Assembly (NCBI RefSeq): GCF_037042905.1
Contig: NC_087245.1
Span: 26,228,001-26,292,000, forward strand
DNA length: 64,000 bases
Source of the DNA: Lytechinus pictus
Taxonomy: Eukaryota
Direction: 5' to 3'
The notes below the pieces were generated by a model. The model saw nothing but the letters and a program-made list of their open reading frames with translations, did no database searches and was not told where the DNA came from. The position numbers were made by a program, and so were the translations under genes. This document shows positions 63,701 to 64,000 of this stretch, piece after piece (position 1 is the stretch's first letter; each line of letters opens with the position of its first letter).

Positions 63701-64000
63701 GTATGTACAATACAAGAGTGTTTCTTGTGGATTCTACGTTCTGTGGCATTAAATCGTAAATTGTTATTATAGTTGTTGCTGTTATTATCATTAATGCTCA
63801 AATATTTGATAAAAATACCTTAAATCAGGGCAAATTGCCTCAAATGAGGGAAAAATCAGGGAATTTTGATTAGCTATTAAGTCAAAAGCACATTATTCAG
63901 TCAGACTCTGTTATATTTTGTTGCATATCAAAACATCCATTGAATGACTGGTTATGGTGGTACTAACTAGTTTAACATTATTTTTATACTGAAAATACAT

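Overview
This is AT-rich, intron-containing animal genomic DNA. The repeat families and gene models suggest an echinoderm such as a sea urchin, which is an inference. Three genes are supported. (1) The first coding exon of ERGIC3 on the minus strand (1915-2011); the rest of the gene lies left of the window. (2) A two-coding-exon giant C2H2 zinc-finger gene (18772-19015 joined to 21724-27119, about 1879 aa) built from tandem 696-717-bp, 8-finger modules. (3) BBS9/PTHB1, with 19 coding exons from 40367 to 63700 whose splice phases all chain correctly; the gene continues past the window. Most of the remaining sequence is non-autonomous transposons, many with readable TIRs and target-site duplications (TSDs), and many nested in one another. 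These include hAT-like, Kolobok-like, Harbinger-like, Sola-like, foldback and Helentron/HINE-like elements, tRNA-derived SINEs and a decayed RTE LINE. The most notable structures are: a 5.9-kb Harbinger-like element holding two inverted 151-bp satellite arrays with a 4-monomer higher-order repeat and 15 perfect TGACGTCA sites; a zinc-finger array showing a finger swap and changes concentrated in recognition helices; a minisatellite that copies a BBS9 splice acceptor about 8 times; and an inverted transposon pair bracketing the ERGIC3 promoter and first exon. I see no direct evidence of a new enzymatic system; functional proposals below are inferences.
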